DNA of 64,000 bases from Vitrella brassicaformis CCMP3155 (Eukaryota; Protista; Chromerida): positions 62,001 through 126,000 of the forward strand of contig CDMY01000130.1 in assembly GCA_001179505.1 (NCBI GenBank), read 5' to 3'. Within the stretch, counting starts at the first letter, position 1. Each line of letters opens with the position of its first letter. Below, one piece after another: positions 63,760 through 64,000 of this stretch. The notes under the pieces are model-generated. The model saw nothing but the letters and a program-made list of their open reading frames with translations. It did not search any database and was not told the origin of the DNA. A program made the translations under genes and the position numbers.

Positions 63760-64000
63760 GTGGTCAGTGTGCAAGGCCAGTTTTAGCTAGTGCACTTCTT
63801 GGTTGTAATGAATGGACACTTAGGGAGGCGTCCTTGGCTGGCACGCACTCGCTTTGTCGTTCATTCATTGTCATTGGTGTCGCTGTCATTCATTGGTCTT
63901 GCTTTGGCTGTCGTTTTTCGCGATGGATGGTAGGTCGGCATTTATTCATGTCTGCGTTGCTGTGTCTTTGCGATAAGGCTCGTGTGGCTGCGTGGCACAT

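Noticed and set aside
1-64000. Possibility that the bacterial-type genes are contaminant contigs
   Set aside because: They contain spliceosomal introns with the same microsatellite style as neighbouring eukaryotic genes and are contiguous with them, with no gap at their boundaries.
1-64000. tRNA, rRNA, transposase or reverse-transcriptase genes
   Set aside because: No recognisable motifs were seen by eye. tRNAscan-SE, Infernal and a TE HMM search would be needed to exclude them formally.

Overview
Intron-rich eukaryotic (protist) genomic DNA with short GT-AG introns full of microsatellites ((GATG)n, (GACA)n, (TG)n, (TGAA)n) and three 300-N assembly gaps. The style resembles a chromerid alveolate such as Vitrella; this is an inference, not shown by the sequence. 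About 20 spliced protein-coding genes can be assembled by eye. In order: a hypothetical 3' end, a RING-finger protein, a PLOD-like glycosyltransferase with no lysyl-hydroxylase domain, a hypothetical gene, a dynein light chain, an anoctamin, a mirror-image cluster (claudin-like tetraspan / GT8 / GH28 polygalacturonase / tetraspan paralogue), a plant-type MSH1 (MutS + GIY-YIG), a bacterial-type secreted S8 peptidase, an R2R3-Myb, a low-complexity hypothetical, a secreted GNAT-like protein, a 13.6-kb RPGRIP1L-like gene with about 20 EF-hand-like motifs, TVP23, a secreted protein with possible beta-grasp domains, and a head-to-head pair of bacterial-type secreted enzymes (FAD-dependent oxidoreductase + GH97). 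A ~150-bp repeat occurs in two inverted copies around the Myb pair. No rRNA, tRNA or CRISPR array was recognised. Exon boundaries were read manually, so gene ends are approximate where stated.
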